Part shown: piece after piece, positions 62,223 to 64,000 of the stretch
Layout: each line of letters starts with the position of its first letter
How positions within the stretch are numbered: the first letter of the stretch is position 1
Assembly: GCA_964016885.1 (NCBI GenBank)
Contig: OZ024742.1
Span: forward strand, 205,096,001 to 205,160,000
DNA length: 64,000 nt
From: Eledone cirrhosa
Lineage: Eukaryota
Direction: 5' to 3'
Notes under the pieces: generated by a model
What the model saw: only the letters and a program-made list of their open reading frames with translations
Told to the model about the DNA's origin: nothing
Database searches by the model: none
Made by a program: the position numbers and the translations under genes

Positions 62223-62885
62223 GTTAGTTATTTTCTTCTATTATATGTATTATAACAAAATACACTGCATTGAACAATTTAACTTGTCTCATGTTATTAT
62301 TAGGTTAGCTTTGCCTTTCATCCTTACGGGGTCAATAAAATAAAGTAATGCACAGGGGCGATTTAATCAACTTTCCCATCTCCCCAAAATTGTTAACATT
62401 GTGCCTAAATCAGAAACCATTATTATTATGTTTTTAGCTCAAATCCCGCCAAGGTTAGCTTTGCCTTTCTTCCTTACGGGGTCAATAAAATAAAATATCA
62501 ATAATGCACTGGGGTTGATTTAATCAACATTCCCCTTCCCTTCAAATTGCTGGCCTTGTGACAAATGTAGAAACCATTATGACTATTATTATTGTTGTTA
62601 TTATGTTTTGATTTTTATTTCTGTTCATTCAAGTTATCACCAAGTCACAACCAGTGACCTCAAGAGACAAGTCCTGCCATGTTAAAAAATGGAGAAAAAA
62701 AAATTTATCAAACTGTAATGTAACGTAACACCCTTACATGGTGTGGTTTTTCTAGTCATATGCCTGGTGTCCATTGATCTGTCTAATTCGTTTGTCTACC
62801 AACATATCAGTAAAAAATTATATATATAAGAGAACATGTTCTGCTTTATGTTATACATAAAACTTTACATCTTTGAAATATATAT

Positions 62886-63074
62886 AATTGTTTCTACTTT
62901 AGGCACAAGGCCAGCAATTATCCCAGTGCATTACTGGTACTTTATTTTATCGACCCCGTAAGGATGAAAGGCAAAGTTAACCTCGGCGGGATTTGAACTC
63001 AGATCATAAAGGGACGTAACTATGTTGGAAAGCATGGCGTCCGACCCTCTACCGATACTGCCAATCCACCGCCC
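62886..63074 (-). mobile_element. Full-length SINE family 1 with TSD of about 18 bp
   Basis: ctttgaaatatatataat on both sides. Confidence 0.92.
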
Positions 63075-63403
63075 TTTGAAATATATATAATGAAATAAAT
63101 AGAGATGATATAAAGTTGTATATCTTTTGTTTATTACTAATATTATTATTTTATATATATATATAGATGTTTACAATGAACTTATATTGACAAAATTTTC
63201 CTTAGTATATGGGTCTTTTCCATTAGTGCTATCTTTTGTATTTCTTCTAATTTGGGACAAATAATCATTAAACCCTTAGGTACCTTTCCTTGAGTGCCTA
63301 AAACTACTGGCATTGTTTTAAATCTCAACTTCCACATTTTTCCAATCTTTATTTCTAGGTCTTTATTTTTGCTCAGTTTTTCATTATTATTTTTATCATT
63401 ATT

Positions 63404-63588
63404 TGGATTGGCAGTGTCGGTAGAGGGTCGGACGCCATCCTTTGACGTATAGAGTTACGGCCCTTGCCATTCTGAGTTCAAATCCCGCCGAGGTTAACTT
63501 TGCCTTTCATCCTTACGGGTGTCGATAAAATAAAGTACCAGTAATGTACTGGGTAATTACTGGCCTTGTGCCAAAAGTAGAAACAATT
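63404..63588 (+). mobile_element. SINE family 1
   Basis: Family consensus motifs. Confidence 0.88.
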
Positions 63589-63604
63589 ATTATTTATTTT
63601 TACA

Positions 63605-63990
63605 TAGTGCTGGGGTTCCTACAAAGGGTCTATGGAATAGCATTACTTGATAGAGTGCATAGCTCAGAGATCAGAGAGTCACTCCAGGTAGAGCCACTAC
63701 TCCAAATTGAGAGATCACAGCTCCAAAACTATGGGCATGTGGTTTGAATCTCTCAGGAAAGAATCGCTGGACAGAATTTATGGACAAAACCAACTGGCAG
63801 GACACCCAGGGGTAGATCCTGAGCAAGATAGTTGGATAACATTCATGATCTTGGCTGGTCTTGCTTGTGGATCCACCAGATCTGTTGGAAACAGCTGCTT
63901 CTGACAAGACCCGCTGGCAGGAGTGTTTGAAGACTCTGCCCTCACGACCCTCTCAGAAGGAAGAGAGGGTGGCGATGGCGACAACGATGA
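63605..63990 (+). mobile_element. Old RTE-group LINE 3' fragment
   Basis: FLQRVYGIALLDRVHSSEIRESLQVEPLL.IERSQL..YGHV. Confidence 0.55.
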
Positions 63991-64000
63991 CTGCTATTGT

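Noticed and set aside
62990-63074. Genuine tRNA genes in the SINE heads
   Set aside because: A and B boxes are present, but there is no proper cloverleaf and each continues into a SINE body, often with TSDs.

Overview
Eukaryotic, AT-rich, repeat-saturated animal DNA. The repeat repertoire suggests a coleoid cephalopod such as an octopus, but that is inference. The one host gene is cobalamin-dependent methionine synthase (MTR/MetH) on the + strand. Eighteen GT-AG exons (11990-62222, 1994 nt in total) join into one open frame covering the homocysteine-binding and folate-binding domains and the start of the cap domain. Exon 1 could not be located, and the gene continues past the window end. Introns are packed with RTE, CR1, CRE-like and R4/Dong-like LINE pieces, at least three tRNA-derived SINE families, Tc1/mariner (DD37D and mariner) elements, Helitron and piggyBac-like derivatives, and minisatellites. 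At least three Penelope-like element (PLE) families cluster in the 13.4-kb intron 9. The most striking non-coding signals are five: (i) type I hammerhead ribozyme motifs in PLE-type terminal repeats (4448-4508, 35402-35443, 36080-36117, 36760-36797), with the copies on the MTR sense strand partly decayed; (ii) a recurrent head-to-head fold-back insertion architecture, often in (TA)n tracts; (iii) a near-identical inverted RTE pair bracketing exons 3-9; (iv) a SINE that appears chimeric between two RTE 3' ends; (v) a PHD-like finger inside RTE ORF2. All coordinates were read by eye, so repeat boundaries are approximate.
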